DNA of 62,899 nt, filler included, from Basidioascus undulatus (lineage: Eukaryota), in assembly GCA_000826855.1 (NCBI GenBank). It is 8 parts of 8 records of this genome, joined end to end, with 100 filler letters (N's around TTAATTAATTAA, not from the genome) between each part and the next. Parts side by side here need not be neighbours in the genome. Positions count along the whole stretch, not along the records: positions 10,590 to 15,776 come from JTLS01001989.1; positions 15,877 to 41,803 come from JTLS01000199.1; 6 more parts are not named here. One strand, 5' to 3'. Every line of letters starts with the position of its first letter. Positions within the stretch are counted from its first letter, which is position 1. Both the position numbers and the translations under genes were made by a program. The notes under the pieces are model-generated. The model did no database searches and was not told where the DNA came from. It saw only the letters and a program-made list of their open reading frames with translations. Below are positions 11,314-24,800 of this stretch, piece by piece.

Positions 11314-12787
11314 ATGAGCTGCCCACACTTCCTCACGCACTCGACCTCCCCGCTTAACGCCGAGCCGGCATCTTCGCGCCTCCTCACGCAGACGTACCTC
11401 ACGCCCCAGTCGCTCGTGTTCTCCCGCAACCACGGCGACATCCCCTCCATACAGGAGGGCGAAGCCGAGGCGTGGACGGTGGATGTTGTAGTGGAGGAAG
11501 GGATTCTGGGGGAGGCGGAGGGGGAGCGGAGATGGAGCGGGACGGTGGGCGAGTTGAGGCGGATGGGCGAGGAGGGGGAGGTCACGGCTGTGCTGCAAGT
11601 GCGTGGGCCGGACGAGCTGGAGGGGCCCAGTGTCGCTTACCCTACCTTGTCTCAACCAATCAGTGCGCCGGAAACCGCCGAGCAGAGATGTCCGATATTC
11701 GCCCGACCGAGGGAATCCAGTGGGAGCGCAACACGATCGCGAACGTCCGCTGGCAAGGTGCGCGGCTCCTTCCCACTCTCTTAATCCCTGCTTCCAAGAC
11801 CAACACTAACTGCTTCAACAGGTCTCCGCCTTTCAACCTTCCTACAGCACATTGGCATCCCCCCAGATCTTAAAGGCAGGCACGTGCACTTCGCCGCCGA
11901 TCAGAAGTGCGAAGAGGACAGCTACTATGGTGCTAGCGTTCCGATGGAGGACATCTTGTGAGTCCATCCGTTTCCCGCACCTTTCCTTCCATTAATTTCA
12001 GAAAGATGAAGAACCGTGATTCCCACTTGCAGAGAGGGCGACGCGATCCTGGCATGGGGGGCGAACGGGCAGCCGCTGACAGTAGAGCATGGCTGGCCGC
12101 TGCGCGTCATAGTGCCCGGCCAGTCAGTCCATCTCCCTTCGGTGCGTCTGCTTGGTCTATAAAATACTGAACAAAATCCCCCTGTCAACACAGCATCGGC
12201 GCGCGCAGCGTCAAATGGCTCCGGCACATCCGGATATCCCGGGACGAGGTACGCATTCTCTTTTCCCAACAATACCGCCTTCGAAACACTAACGCCGTAT
12301 CTCGCCCTCTACCCCGAAGCAGACTCCCAGCTTCTACCAACAATCCGACTACAAAGTCCTCCCACCCCACGTAACATCCGCCTCACAAAAGCCGGCAGCT
12401 CTAGCGTCCACGCCCGCGCTGCAGCACGCGCCCCTAAACAGCGCGATCTGCGACCCCTCTCCCGGCTCTACCATCTGGGCAGGGCAAGCGCTCAAAGTCT
12501 CCGGCTGGGCTGTCGGGTCGCGCGGGCGGCGTGTGACGGGCGTGCATGTGCGTGCTGGGGCGGGGGGTGCGTGGGTGTCGGCGCGGCTGCGGAGGGAGGA
12601 GGACGCCAAGTGGGGCTGGACGCTTTGGGAGGCGGAGGTGCGGGTGCAGGGGAAGGTGGGAGAGGAGGTGAAGATTGCTGCGTGGGCGGAGGAGGAGGGG
12701 GGCGGGAGGCAACCCGAGAAGGCACAGTGGAACTTGAGGGGGGTCGCGAATGATGGGTGGAGTGTGGTCAAGGTTAAGCTGTGCTAG
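11314..12787 (+). CDS. Sulfite oxidase-family molybdopterin oxidoreductase (Moco and dimerisation domains, no cytochrome b5), multi-exon
   Basis: PLNAEP...YLTPQSLVFSRNHGDIP; LQ|CAGNRR (Mo-ligand Cys); IANVRWQG; YGASVP; HGWPLRVIVPG|IGARSVKWL; YQQSDYK; WGWTLWE; QWNLRGVANDGW. Confidence 0.9.
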
Positions 12788-12876
12788 CTCGCACAGTAGT
12801 CATGCGCAGTTCCATCCATAGCTTGAGGTGCAGGATCGAGACACTATGTGTGATTCATCTTTCAAGCGCTCATCCC

Positions 12877-14749
12877 TTAATAGTCGTAGAAACCCTTGCC
12901 AGCTGCACGACCAGAAGCATCGAATCAGTATCTGCACCAAAGCGAGGTAATCTGGGACGAGAATGATGAGAACGAGACGCACACTTCCTGCCCAGCCGGC
13001 CCGCCTTGACCTGCTCTTCCAGCAGCGGGATCTCCGCGACGAGGCTCGGCTCGAGCTCGACGTCGCCCTTGGCCGCTGACTCGCGCCAGCCACGGCCGAT
13101 GTGGGACATGGTCTGCGGAAACCAATCCACCCAAATCAGCGCTGGCATTCCCTGCGGAAGTAGGCTGGGAGGGATTGGGACTGACGTCGAGCCCCACGAA
13201 GTCCGCCAGTTGGAAGGGACCCATCGGGTAGCTGGGATAGGAGCGAGCGATTAGAGGATGCGGAGTGGGAGTGGAATAGTTATGGAGGGACGGAGGATGG
13301 GGTGAGAAGAGACCCACCCGGCACCAAGCATCATCGCCGCGTCCACGTCCTCCTTCGTCGCGTCCCCACGCTCAACCATGCGGATCGCCTCGAGCATGTA
13401 CCTGTGGGACCGCCGGGAATAATAAGCACAGCAGCCATGTTCAGAGCGAGCTGAAGCGACGACTCACGGGACAAGCAGACGGTTGACGATGAACCCGGGC
13501 GTGTCATTGCACGACACCGCGCGCTTCTTCATCTGCTCGCAGACGGCCAGCAGCGCCTGCTTCGTCTCGGGGGAGGTATTGGTGGTGGAGATGACCTATA
13601 GAGCGCACCGGACCCTCAGTGTCAGCGTGCGCGTCCTTGGATTCGAAGCTTCCATGGCCTCGGTATGAGCGCGCACCTCGACAAGAGCCATCTGCGGGAC
13701 GGGGTTGACTGCGAGACGGGAGTTGGCCACCATGAGCGACCGCAACGCTCGAGTCGCAGGTTCACAAGACAGGCTCACAGAAATGCAATCCGGCGAACCT
13801 GAATCCCACCAACCCGAGCTCGCATGAGCTTCCCCCTCACGCGCTTTTCGAGAGGGGGTGAGAAATGAAAAACGCACTGCTTCTTGCGCTCGTCGGACAC
13901 GGCCTGGGCGATCTTGGTGACGGAGAGGGAGGAGGTGTTTGACGCAAAGATGGCGTCCTTCTTCGCCTTCTCGTCGAGCAGCTTGAACAGGTCCTGCTTG
14001 ATCTTCTCGTTCTCGATGATCGCCTTCACCCCCAACCCGAAAACCCGCGTCAGAGGAAGATCCACTTTGATCCCGCAGAGAAGAACACCAAGCGCACCTC
14101 GATGACCAGGTCTGCGTTCTTCACCGCCTCCGCGGGGTCGGTGGTGGTGACGATCGAACCGAGCACGTCCGCGACGAGCTTCTTCTGCTCGTCCTCGGAC
14201 GAGGGGTGCGCCTTCTTGGCGACGCGCGCGAGCGATTTAGAGATGATGTTCTTGCCAGACGAGAGCGCGTTGTCGGTCACGTCGGAGAGAACGACCTGCG
14301 CGGGGATGACATTAGGGAGGAGAGGTGGACGGGGGAGGACAGAGCGGCGGACCTTGAAGCCGTTGTGCGCTGCGACTTGCGCGACGCCGGCGCCCATCAG
14401 ACCTGCCCATCGGAGAATTATTGTCAGTTCACCGAACTCTAAGATGTACCCATCCTTGTACGTTCTCCCAGCTCAAGTCCGTGGAGGTCAATCCTACCCC
14501 AACGACGTCCCCGCCGACCCACGGACCTCTCGCTCCGCTTCCCTTCCTCATGAAGCACAACCACTCACCCGCTCCAAACACAGTGATATTCTCGATCTTC
14601 TTCCCCTCTCCACCATTCGCGCCTGCGCCGCTGGCCGAGCCAGACGCAGACGCGGCGAGGCCCACCGCAGCAGATGACGAGAGGTGCCTGCTGACGCCCG
14701 TGAGGCGCGTCGCGGCGCGGGCGGCGGTGGTGGTCGGCGTGCGTAGCAT
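12877..14749 (-). CDS. HADH: Mitochondrial 3-hydroxyacyl-CoA dehydrogenase, multi-exon
   Basis: Presequence MLRTPTTTAARAATRL; ITVFGAG|LMGAGVAQVAA; ADLVIE|AIIENEKIK; FASNTSSLS; FAGLHF|FNPVPQMALVE; DTPGFIVNRLLVP; YPMGPFQLADFVGLD; GRLGRK|.GKGFYDY*. Confidence 0.95.
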
Positions 14750-15198
14750 GGCTGATAGGTTCAAAGGTGGCTGCGGGTGGATGAGGAGGAGGAGGTGATG
14801 AAGATCAGGAGAAGGTGGATGGAGGAAGTCGGAGATTGAGCTGGACGACGAGAGCCGGTTCAGGTAGCCGGCTCCCGAAATGAAATGACATCACGTGCAA
14901 AAAAGCTGGAAATGATACGAAACGAAACGTTTCTCGAAGGCTGCGCTGTTGCAAAACTGAGGTGAATATCTGAAGGTTGGCGTAGCAAAGACAGAAGAGC
15001 ACGGAGCGCACTCAGAACCTGATATCGAAAGGCAGACAGACGTGTACAGCGACCACATCTCCCGCAAATCGCCCGCTCAACAACGCTCAGCACCAAGTGC
15101 AATGTCCCAGGAAGCGAACAACAACACATCAGTAAAGCATTAACAAACCTCAACATCGTACAAGAAATACGCCCAAAATTAACAAGAACAAGCCCCAT

Positions 15199-15690
15199 CA
15201 CTCTCCCGCCTCTTCCAGCGCCCGCAGCGCCTCCTCTACCCCCGCCGCGACGTCCCTCATCTGCTCAAGCACGCCCCCGCCCTCCGCAACGCGCGGCAAG
15301 AGCGTATGCAGTGCAGCCTGCATTCCCTGGTCCGTCTATCCACATCCACCCCAATCGTCAGCCGCGCGTTCCCGTCAAAAAAAGAACCAGCCAAAAGAAA
15401 CGCACCGGCACATCCCCCCTTCGGTGCCCCTCCTCCCCCGCCTCGCCCTCGCACCACGCCTCCCTCGCGCCCTCCAGCCCTTCCAACCACCCCATCGCCG
15501 CGACGCGCTCCTCGCGCTCCGCACGCTCGCGCGCCCAGCGCTCCTCCACCGCGCGCATGCGCCGCCCGACGTCCGCCCGCTGCTTCTGCACATCGAGGAC
15601 CTGCGCGCGGAGGGCCTGCTTCGCCAGGCGCGCCGCGCGCAGGGAGGAGAGGACGGTGAGGAGGTGCGTGTGGGATTGCGTCTGCGGGGA
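15199..15690 (-). CDS. Hypothetical coiled-coil protein, 3' part only (5' lost in gap)
   Basis: GC3-rich helical exon HLLTVLSSLRAARLAKQALRAQVLDVQKQRADVGRRMRAVEERW. The frame of the last exon is ambiguous. Confidence 0.45.
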
Positions 15691-15776
15691 GGGAGGGTTA
15701 GTGAAGGAGAGGGAAAAGGGGGTGGTGGATGGGTTATCGGGACGAGTGGCTTGGCTAGTGGCGTTGACGGTGAGGT

Positions 15777-15876
15777 NNNNNNNNNNNNNNNNNNNNNNNN
15801 NNNNNNNNNNNNNNNNNNNNTTAATTAATTAANNNNNNNNNNNNNNNNNNNNNNNNNNNNNNNNNNNNNNNNNNNN
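15777..15876. other. Artificial contig linker
   Basis: N44-TTAATTAATTAA-N44. Confidence 0.99.
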
Positions 15877-16474
15877 CTGGATAGGGGAGGGGGGTCAGGG
15901 AGGGTGCGAGTGAGGTGAGGGCTGGTTTTGGGAAGGAAGAGCTGGCGAGGTGCGTGAGGGGTTGGTTTGGGAAGAGGGAGTGGGGAAGGAGGGAGGAGGA
16001 GCTGGAGCTGGAGCGGGAAGAGGAGGAGGATGGTGATGACGGGGAGGGGGGAAGTAGTTGTTGATTTCCGCCTGTCGAGAGGGGGTGAGTGAGGAGGTGG
16101 GGCGTGGGGATGTCGACGAGGAAGGGGAGGGCGCACGTATTTAATATAGTACACGTTGGTGGATGGTTCGTTTGTGGAGGTGGGTAGGAGGCTGTCATTT
16201 TTGGTATGGATGTCGGTGTGAGAGTGGGATGTGGATGTGGGGAGAGAAGGGGGTATGGGACGGAAAGAATGGAAGGAGGGAGGGCGATATCGAGTGCGCG
16301 TCCTTGACGCGCGCCCGGCACTTCGGCGAGGGGGACTTCTGGCAGCCAGTGTCGAAACTGGAATTCGAGGCTGTCGGGTTGGACAAAGGACGACCTTGAG
16401 CTGCTTCCACATCGACCACGACCACGTTCATTCTCCAGATACCGTCGTTTCTTCTTCTCAGATACCCATCAACT

Positions 16475-16500
16475 ATTCACATTCGCATTCACATTCACAT
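16475..16500 (+). repeat. (ATTCAC)n microsatellite, ~4 imperfect copies
   Basis: attcac attcgc attcac attcac at. Confidence 0.7.
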
Positions 16501-18294
16501 CCACTTTCTCCCGCAGCCTCCTCCCACCGCCGCTCTCTAGCGCCCTCAACCTTCTCATCCTCCTCAATCTCCACAACCTCCTTCTCCTCTTTCTCTTCCT
16601 CCCGCCCTCAATCCTTCTACCATCCACACGCGGTGCATTGCAGTCCGTCCATACACACCGCCGGCCCGCCGGCGGTCGAGGAGGAGGAGGAGGAAAGGCG
16701 GGAGGGTGAGGGCGATACGGGGTTTGGGAGGAGCGCTTGGGCGGAGGATGGCTGGCGCTGACGGTGGGGGCCAGTCCCGATCGTTCGTGGCTCTGATTCA
16801 GGTGCAGCCATCTTTTCCGGGTTGCTTGACTTTTCGTGAGGTGTTGGGCACTGGGTTCTTATGAACACTTGGATAGTTGGTTTCTTTATCAATTCGGCCT
16901 TCCATTTCCGATCTTCCTTTTGATTTTGTCTCACCCGCTGTACCATCGCGAGATGGACGTAACGATGCATTGCATGACGACGAGCCTGTCCGTCCTATAT
17001 GCTGCATACCGAGAGCGTCGGGTTTTTCAGGCTACCTAAGTCTGTATGGTAGGTGGGACTTACAGTTCGGACAGTGGAGGACCAAGTCAGCGCAAAGTTC
17101 GAGGACCGGATCAGAGGGATTGTGGTTCGCTCTTCGGTATAGAACGCTTTGTCTCAGAAACTCCTCAAATATTGTGAGCGGCAACACTCAAATCGGTTCA
17201 GGTTCTTTTGGTGTACGATCTTAGGACCGGTTCAGTTTGTGGTTCAAACGGTTTCTGAGCACATGCAACAGAAGACGTACGCGCCGAGGAGTTTAGGCTT
17301 TAGGCCTGATGGTATTCAGGACATGGAAAAAAAGATACGTCGGAGGATTATGATTATGAGCGTACACTGTTGAAAGATCCAGTGTGGCCAGGACATGGGA
17401 CGCAGTGGGACTTTGAACTGCGGCGGCAGGCGGCTGAGCTGAGCTGATGCGCTGATCAGGTTATCCATGCAACAGCCAAAAGGCTTTCACTCACAAAACA
17501 CACCATATATCAAGGGACTACGGGCAATGCCATTCAATGCAACGAGGAGGGTAGTAGCTCGCTTCCCGTCAGACACCCCTGGGCGTCGGTAGTGGCAACT
17601 TCCATAGGCGCCGGCGGAGCACATTGGCGTACGCACAAAAGAAAGGTCGAACACACTTATGAGTGACTCCAGAGCATCGGAAATCTGATGAAGAAGGTTT
17701 CAAGCGCTTAATACTGCTCGACGGGCAATGAGTTGCCGACTCGCGGATTAGCATCGCTGCTCTGCTCTAGCGGTCTCGCATTCCTGCCGAACTTGACGGG
17801 TATCCCCACTGTTGTAAAGGTTCGTCTAAGGCCACATAAATATAGAGGGTTTGAGACCGAGTTCAATGAAGTTTTTTTTTCGCGTGGCAGTGGTTTCCGC
17901 GCGTTGAACCAGGTCTGAGAGGTTCACTGGCGGCTTGAAGCTTTGCCCAACAGGAGCATTAACTGGCGGAGCGGAGGCAGCCTTGCGCCGAATCTTAGGC
18001 TTTACTGTATGCAGACGAAGTGAGCGTCCTTGCAAGACGGACGACAGCGACTCGATAGGCGACCAAGCAGTGAGGAACTCCTTTTGGTCCACAACGGCTT
18101 TCCTTGCCTCAGTTGTAACACTTTGGGATATACCAAGCCACCTTGTGGAAGCAACATGGCATTTCCTGAACCTCATCTAGCCACAAACTATCACATTAAG
18201 ACACCCCGCATGCGTGCGCGCCCACTCATAGACTTGATGGGCCAGGTCAACACGTCATTCGTCCCCACGTCAACAGCACCCGAGAACCTGATGC

Positions 18295-19083
18295 TCAACA
18301 CTTCCCGGAAATAAGCATGTAGCTGCAAAGTGTGGAGACGAGCTCAGCGCACGTCGCGGTTGAGAACAAGAACGAGTAGGCGAAATTCGGCGCCGCGCTG
18401 AGGGGTGCGAGGTCGGCAGGTGGCACCACGCGGAGTTGGAAGCGTTCCACAGCGAGGTCGAAAATACGGCGATCTATTCCTGTCATCCCCTCCAGCTCGC
18501 ATGCTACCTTAAAACTGTCGACTTTTGGTGGCACTGGTTGAGGCCGGACTTGGCAAGGAAGTGGACGGCACCGAACTTGGACGTCATGCCGCGGGAGACG
18601 AGCCGCAGACCGTACTGACGAGACAGGGCGGAGATTCAGCATGCAAGAACCAAATGGAGCAGGCTGTAGCGCACAACGTACCGGTCGAAGCATGGCGTAT
18701 GCCAGGCGTGCCGAAGCGAGCGTGAACTTGTGGTCGATGAATCGGCGCGCGATCGACCGGACGCAGCTTTCATAGCAGTCGCACTTCTCCGGCCCGTCCC
18801 ACGCACATTGGTCGTGATACGCCCGTTTCGCACTGTTGATGGTCTCCCGCGACGCCTCGAGGCCAGACTGGACGAGCACGTCGCCGATGATATCGAGCAG
18901 CTCGCGTGCGGAAGCAAGACGGAAGAGCGGGCACTTTGCGGATTTGGGATCGAGGCTCGCGGGTGATCGGGGGTTGATACTGAAGACGAGAGTCCCGGAG
19001 CGCGAACGGTGGTGGAGGAGAGCGAGGAAGGCGAGCCCGCGTTTGAAAAGCTCGTAGCCGTCGACAGCTAACGAGAGCGACAT
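18295..19083 (-). CDS. Hypothetical lineage-specific protein with an F-box-like motif
   Basis: MSLSLAVDGYELFKRGLAFLALLHHR...CPLFRLASARELLDIIGDVL, followed by a Cys-containing segment. Probably spliced. Confidence 0.45.
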   Translation of the reverse strand: MSLSLAVDGYELFKRGLAFLALLHHRSRSGTLVFSINPRSPASLDPKSAKCPLFRLASARELLDIIGDVLVQSGLEASRETINSAKRAYHDQCAWDGPEKCDCYESCVRSIARRFIDHKFTLASARLAYAMLRPVRCALQPAPFGSCMLNLRPVSSVRSAARLPRHDVQVRCRPLPCQVRPQPVPPKVDSFKVACELEGMTGIDRRIFDLAVERFQLRVVPPADLAPLSAAPNFAYSFLFSTATCAELVSTLCSYMLISGKC

Positions 19084-21898
19084 AGCATCGACAAGAAGAA
19101 CGAGAACAGTGACTGGCATAGCCCTGAATTGAGAAACGGGTGAGTTCACAAAATGAGCAGGGGCTACGGCGGCTAAGAGAGGAAAGCGAGGGGTGATCGG
19201 AGAAGGCAGAAAAGAAAAGCCCCGCGAACGCAAGCGAACGAAAGGACGAGGTCGTGAGGTCCGACCGTGAGTCGTCGGTGACCGGAACAGATTAGACAGC
19301 GGTCCACTTTGAAAGCTATGCAAGCTTTAAAGCGGGGTGCAAGGTTACGATAATTTCTTGAACGACATTTTTTACCTTCGGTGAGTGTGAGTTTCGTCTG
19401 AACGTCGCTCGCCTAAACATGCTGTCTTGTGGTAAACACTTCAAGCACTGGGTATTAAGAGGGAGGAGCAATATCAACGGCCGAGTGGGTAAATTCTTTT
19501 GCGTTCTTAAGCTCCAAAAAAGCACACACAGGAGAGGACGTGGACATGCAGCATATCTGTCACAAGTATCAGAAAGGCTCAGACAGGTTGGTCTTTCCCG
19601 GCAAGGCCGATGCTTAATTCTCCTGCGTGGGTCTGACGAGGGTTGGTTATCTGGTGAGGCCTTTAGTAATATGTCCCTAGCATCTCAATCAAGTGTTTCA
19701 GCGGCCCTGCTACTTGCTTTTTCCACAGCTGGCCGGACTGGCCAATAAGTGCAGCAAAGAACTCCACGCCACTGATGGCCACAGTCTCATTGTCATGTTC
19801 TCAGTACCAGATGCAACTATAAGAGCATATGAGATGTGTACCTCTCATCAAACTTTGAGGACTGCTCTATTGTCAAGCTGTATTTCGGCAGCATAGACCA
19901 CTCGCCTCGCCTTCCCTCTCAGCGAGCTCTGCTGAACACAACGCACTTCATTACCGAGTTGACATACCGAGACTTCCATTTGTGCCCAATGCCAGGTGAA
20001 TTTTCAGTGCATTTCCTCCTCATCAGCACAGGCTTACTCTTACTTTGAGATGCTTGACATGATGGTGCCTTTCACTCATTCTCATAGCATCAAAACACTT
20101 GTCCGATATCATTTCAAGGGCATGTGAATAATGACTGAGAGCTGAAACTGGGTTTCTTCCTAATACGCTTTCTGATAATTAAGAACCGCAAGACCTGAGG
20201 AAGCGGCATCGGTGAAAGAACCCAACAAGGAAATGCTGGTCTGCAAGGCAGGCAACGTGCAACTTGCTGGCTTCCGTTGCCAAGAGCGGGTCAAGAGTGC
20301 CTTCCATGCGAGTAGAGAAAAACTTCTACTCTCATAAAGTCTGAAAAAATATCTAGAAGAGCTAGTTGCTTGCAGGAAAGATGAGAACGTCTGTGACTCA
20401 GTTGCTGCACTTGGATGCTGGCTTTCTGCCGATGCCTTCTGCGGTGATCGTAAAGAAACTCCAGTCAACTGAAGGATAAGTTACTTCCGAAGATTTTGGG
20501 TGTAGTTATTGTGGAATATCGCCTCAAGTGGTGCTTTGACCCCCAAAAGAAGACATCCACCTGGCAACACGGGTCAGGCAATGTCCGCACCACTTGATGG
20601 ATAAGTCTGGATGCCCGTAGAGCAGATGCTGATCAAACGAACATCCCCAAACATTGTCACTTTGGACACTGCTCTTAGTTTTCTCGGGGGGCGGGTGCAT
20701 GGGTGTGCCGCGCCAGAGCAGCGAAGGCTTTGCCTCGGAGTCGCATGGACGGACGGACAACCGTCCCGGAAAGGGTCTATAGGCGTAAGTAAGTTTGTAT
20801 GCAGAGGCGCAACACTATTAATTAATGGCGTGTAAATATGTGAAATCATCAGGCCGATGCAACCAGTGCTATTAACTGCGCATCTCCAGCCCACCCACCC
20901 TAAACCCGCGCGCGCCCAGCCGGTCCTGGACAGAACACAACTAACTGCCTTCTAATGAAAATCCGTGATATTAAGATACTTGGTGAATTAAACATCGCAT
21001 CCTTGCAAGTAATTATCCTTGCAAACCACACACCATCGTGGATGTTCGTGGATGTTCGTGAAAGTACGATAAAGCACGACGAGCGTGGGCCGCAAAAGAC
21101 CGGCCAGACGTGCGGCATTTTTCCGGATGCGGTATCTACTTACTTTTGCATCCGGCCCTTGCAGCTGCCTTGCAGCAACGATCTTGCGCGTGCCCTCCTC
21201 ATCAAACCTCCGCACCGCGCGTCGCTGCCGACGATCTCGGAAGACCTTTCGCACAAACTCGCATCGCTCCGGCAAGAGTACATCTCTGTACGGAAAACGC
21301 ACCTTTGTGCTCCTCAGCGGGTGTACAAAAGGCCGGCCGGACAAGACCGGATAAACAGAAAGAAGGGCAAAAACTGAATGTTTGCCCTGTTGTGGTGCTG
21401 CACGGACGAAGCAGAAAGGGCCTCGGCCTTAGACTCCCTCCAACGTCATTCCCGCCGTCGAGATCGAGCTTGTGCCGAGGATTGTTGTCGTCACCTGCAA
21501 TTGATTTTTTTTCTTGTTGATATAGCAGCTTTACAAGGATTATAACTTCCAGACCAAGCCGAATGACAGCAAGGAAGCAAAAAGCTCCGGTGGGGGCATC
21601 TATATCGAGCATTAATGAGGATCTTCTTGAAAGTGGGGGCAGGAGGCAAAGAGGCGGCGGGCAAAGAGGCCCATGAGGTTCGGGGCGAGGTGATGTAAAA
21701 GGCTGAGTGGGGCGCGGGGAAAGTACGTATTCGGTAATCCAACCCCGCGATCCGGCAAGCATCGAAGTGCGACATCAGAGAGCGCTCTGCGCACCTCGTC
21801 TCTGTCGATCATTCGGTCCCCCCTTCGCCTCCTCCCACGCAGCTCATCAGACCACCGTCCCCGATTCCCACCTCTTTATTGCTCGCTCCAACGCAGCC

Positions 21899-24800
21899 AT
21901 GGGTGGAGACCACGCTTGCTCCCTATGTGGCGCAACATTTACTAGGCCGCAACACGTCTCCCGTAAGTGATCCACAAAGGACTTTCGGTGGAGCCGCCTC
22001 CGGCGACGGGGCGTCGTCGTGGAGCCTCATCCTGTCCTTCGGTGAACCCCCGCTAACCGCTTCCCGTTTATTCTATGGTTTTCAGGGCATATGCGCAGCC
22101 GTGAGTCGTCTTCTTCCTTGGGGAGGGCAATCCACGCCGGTGGATGGGAGGGCACTGGACGGGGCAAGGATCGTCGCCCTCTCGTCTAGTGATCGACTCG
22201 CCGATGAGCAATCGTCTGCATTACTACACCTCCTTCAGATGGACGATAGTACACCAGAGGTGTAATAATCGAAGCAATGTCGAGTGCCTGAGGGATGGCC
22301 GCTGTAATGTTGTGGTTATCGTGAACGACGTCGCGACGATCCCTTGAGCTCACACGCCCAGCCCTCGCCTGCAGACACGGGCGAGCGTCCATACCCCTGC
22401 ACCATCTGTTCGGAATCTGTGCGTTTGACATCACTCTTCATGGTACCTATGCATTGTGAACGCCTGTTGACCTGTCTTGTTTTTGTTATTCAGTTTTCTC
22501 GCAGGTGAGCCTTGCTGTCGTCACCTGGCCTGCTTCTCAAATCTTCGCGGCATCGTCATGCGGTTCTTCGTCGTGCACATTGCACATCTTCCTTCGCACC
22601 ACAGCGCATCGGTGTGTTGGATTGACGTTGGGAACGTTGTCATCACCGCGGTCGTTGGTCGTCGACAAGCCCAACATGTTACGAGGAACCGTTGACTAAC
22701 CTCCACCTCGCGTCCTGCCCATTTCACTTTCGCAGCGACCTCCTCGCCCGACATCAATCCAAATGCCACCCCGAACATCCTCTTCCTCCAAGACGCGGCG
22801 GCGGCAAGCGCGGTCCACGCAAGAACTCCAACCCGACCGCGTCCACGTCGGCCCCTCCAGGTGACGGCGGCTTCACGGCGACACTGCCACTCGGCGGTGT
22901 CAACTTTGGCGCAGCACCGTCGGCGTCAGTACCTCCGTATAGCTCGTCGCCGGCATCGTCATCGCGCAGAACGAGCGAAGACGTCGTCCAGCAGACGATC
23001 GTCAACGAGTATGGGGAGTCACCGTATGGTACGGTTTTTGTCCTTTTTCCAGGCCCGCCTACGCTCGACGCTTACCTGCAATGTGTTTTCACAGCGTACA
23101 ACACCGCTATGGGATCGAGCGCCTCGGTGCTCTCTCCACCGTCGTTCGGCACGTCATCTCGGTCGGGCTCAGGCAGCGACTCCAGCGCCTCGCCCGCGGA
23201 CGTGAGCAACCCGGCCACGCCGGCTTTCAGCCACGCCGAACCGGACGCCGCACCGTACCAATATCTTGGACAGGGACGCGGCGGCGTGCCGGTGTCTTAC
23301 CTCGCCCACCGCGTATATCCCGACAAGGCCGTCGATGTTTACGGCGAGCCCTTCTACAGCCTCCCGGACGGTCGCATGACCGTCCCGGCAGAGCCTTACG
23401 CGCCTTCCCAATACCCGCCCCTGCCGCCGGCACCTGCGTCGTCAGGCTGGAGTGTCCCGCATACCGCAAGCCGCGCCACGAGCGAGAGCGGCTCCAGCTC
23501 GGTCGCGCCTTCGCTCGGGCGGCAGACGTCCCCGATCGTGTACCCGGCATCGCTGCCTCGGTCCTCGACCGACCTTTCGCTCTATCCGCCCGCATCCGAC
23601 CAATCCTCCACCTTCGCTGCCGTCACTTCCTACCCTCCGACAACTGCGTCCTTCACCGCGCCCGTGACAACTGCGAGCGTGTCATTGCCTGCCTCCTCAT
23701 CTGCGCCCGCGCTCGCAATGGCGTACTCGCAGGCCGCCCCGCCGCAGACCGCGGGCGCGTACATCTCGCATCCGGACCCGCAGTACATGGGCCAGCACCA
23801 GCCGCGGTCCGAGTATGGCGTGCAGCATCAGCAGCAGGGGCAGTTCCCGACGACGCCGCTCGCGTTCAACCTCCCCATCTCGCCGATGGCAACGTACGTT
23901 GCGGGCACATCCTCTGGTGCCGCGCAGGAGGTTCCGCCACCGCCGCCGTCGGCGTTCGTGTCCTCGTTCCTCGACCAGCTCGCGCTCGACGGCTCGCTCT
24001 CTGAGCCGGAGCTCGGCGGGTACTCGTACACGTCGTTCCCGTTCGCGGCTCCCGTCGACGCGTGGCAGGGCGACGCGGAGGAGCAAGCCCGCCGGCAGCA
24101 ACACCGCGTCGTTCGCGAGATGTGGAAGGAGTTCGTCTGCGAGCCGTTGACGAACAGCACCGCCGTCGGGCTTACCCCCGGCCCGGGTCCGGGGCCCCCA
24201 CCCATGGTCGGTCCGCTCGGCGAGCACCTCGAGTCGCCTGTCGCGGCGGCGCCCTCTTCGCGCCCATTGTCCACGGAAGCTGCGGCGCCAGCGAGCAGAC
24301 CCCCCATTCCGACGCCTTCACCCTCCTTCACCCGGGCTTCCATGTCCGCGATCCCTTCATCCGCGCCTCTCGAGCCCCACACCCTCGCCGTCACTCCTCG
24401 TCGAACGTCCGCCCCTGTCGAGTCCTACTCCGCCTCCCTCACCTTTGCCCCCATCTCCGATCCCGCACCCGCTCCTTCCGACGCCTCCTACCCTATCCAC
24501 CCCCTCCCGCCTCTTCCGCCCGCACCCAAAGTCACGCCTGTATCTGCCCCGCGACAACCGCCCGCTCCGCCCACGCAGATGCATCAGCCGTCCGCGGACG
24601 CGAGCGTAGAGGACCTGCGCGCGTACGAGCGCGCGTGCCTCACTCGCGCAACGCCCGTCCTGCGCCTCGTGCCCAGGAGCTGGAAGCGCGCGGGCACCGG
24701 CGGTGCATCGCCGAACGCGCTCTTGAACGCGTTGGGCAGCACGTCGCTCGGCGACAATTACGGCAACGGCGAGCGCGGCGGTGAGGCCCCACCTGTATCG

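Noticed and set aside
11314..14749. Sulfite oxidase plus HADH as a functional cluster
   Set aside because: A convergent pair of unrelated housekeeping genes with no shared pathway evidence.
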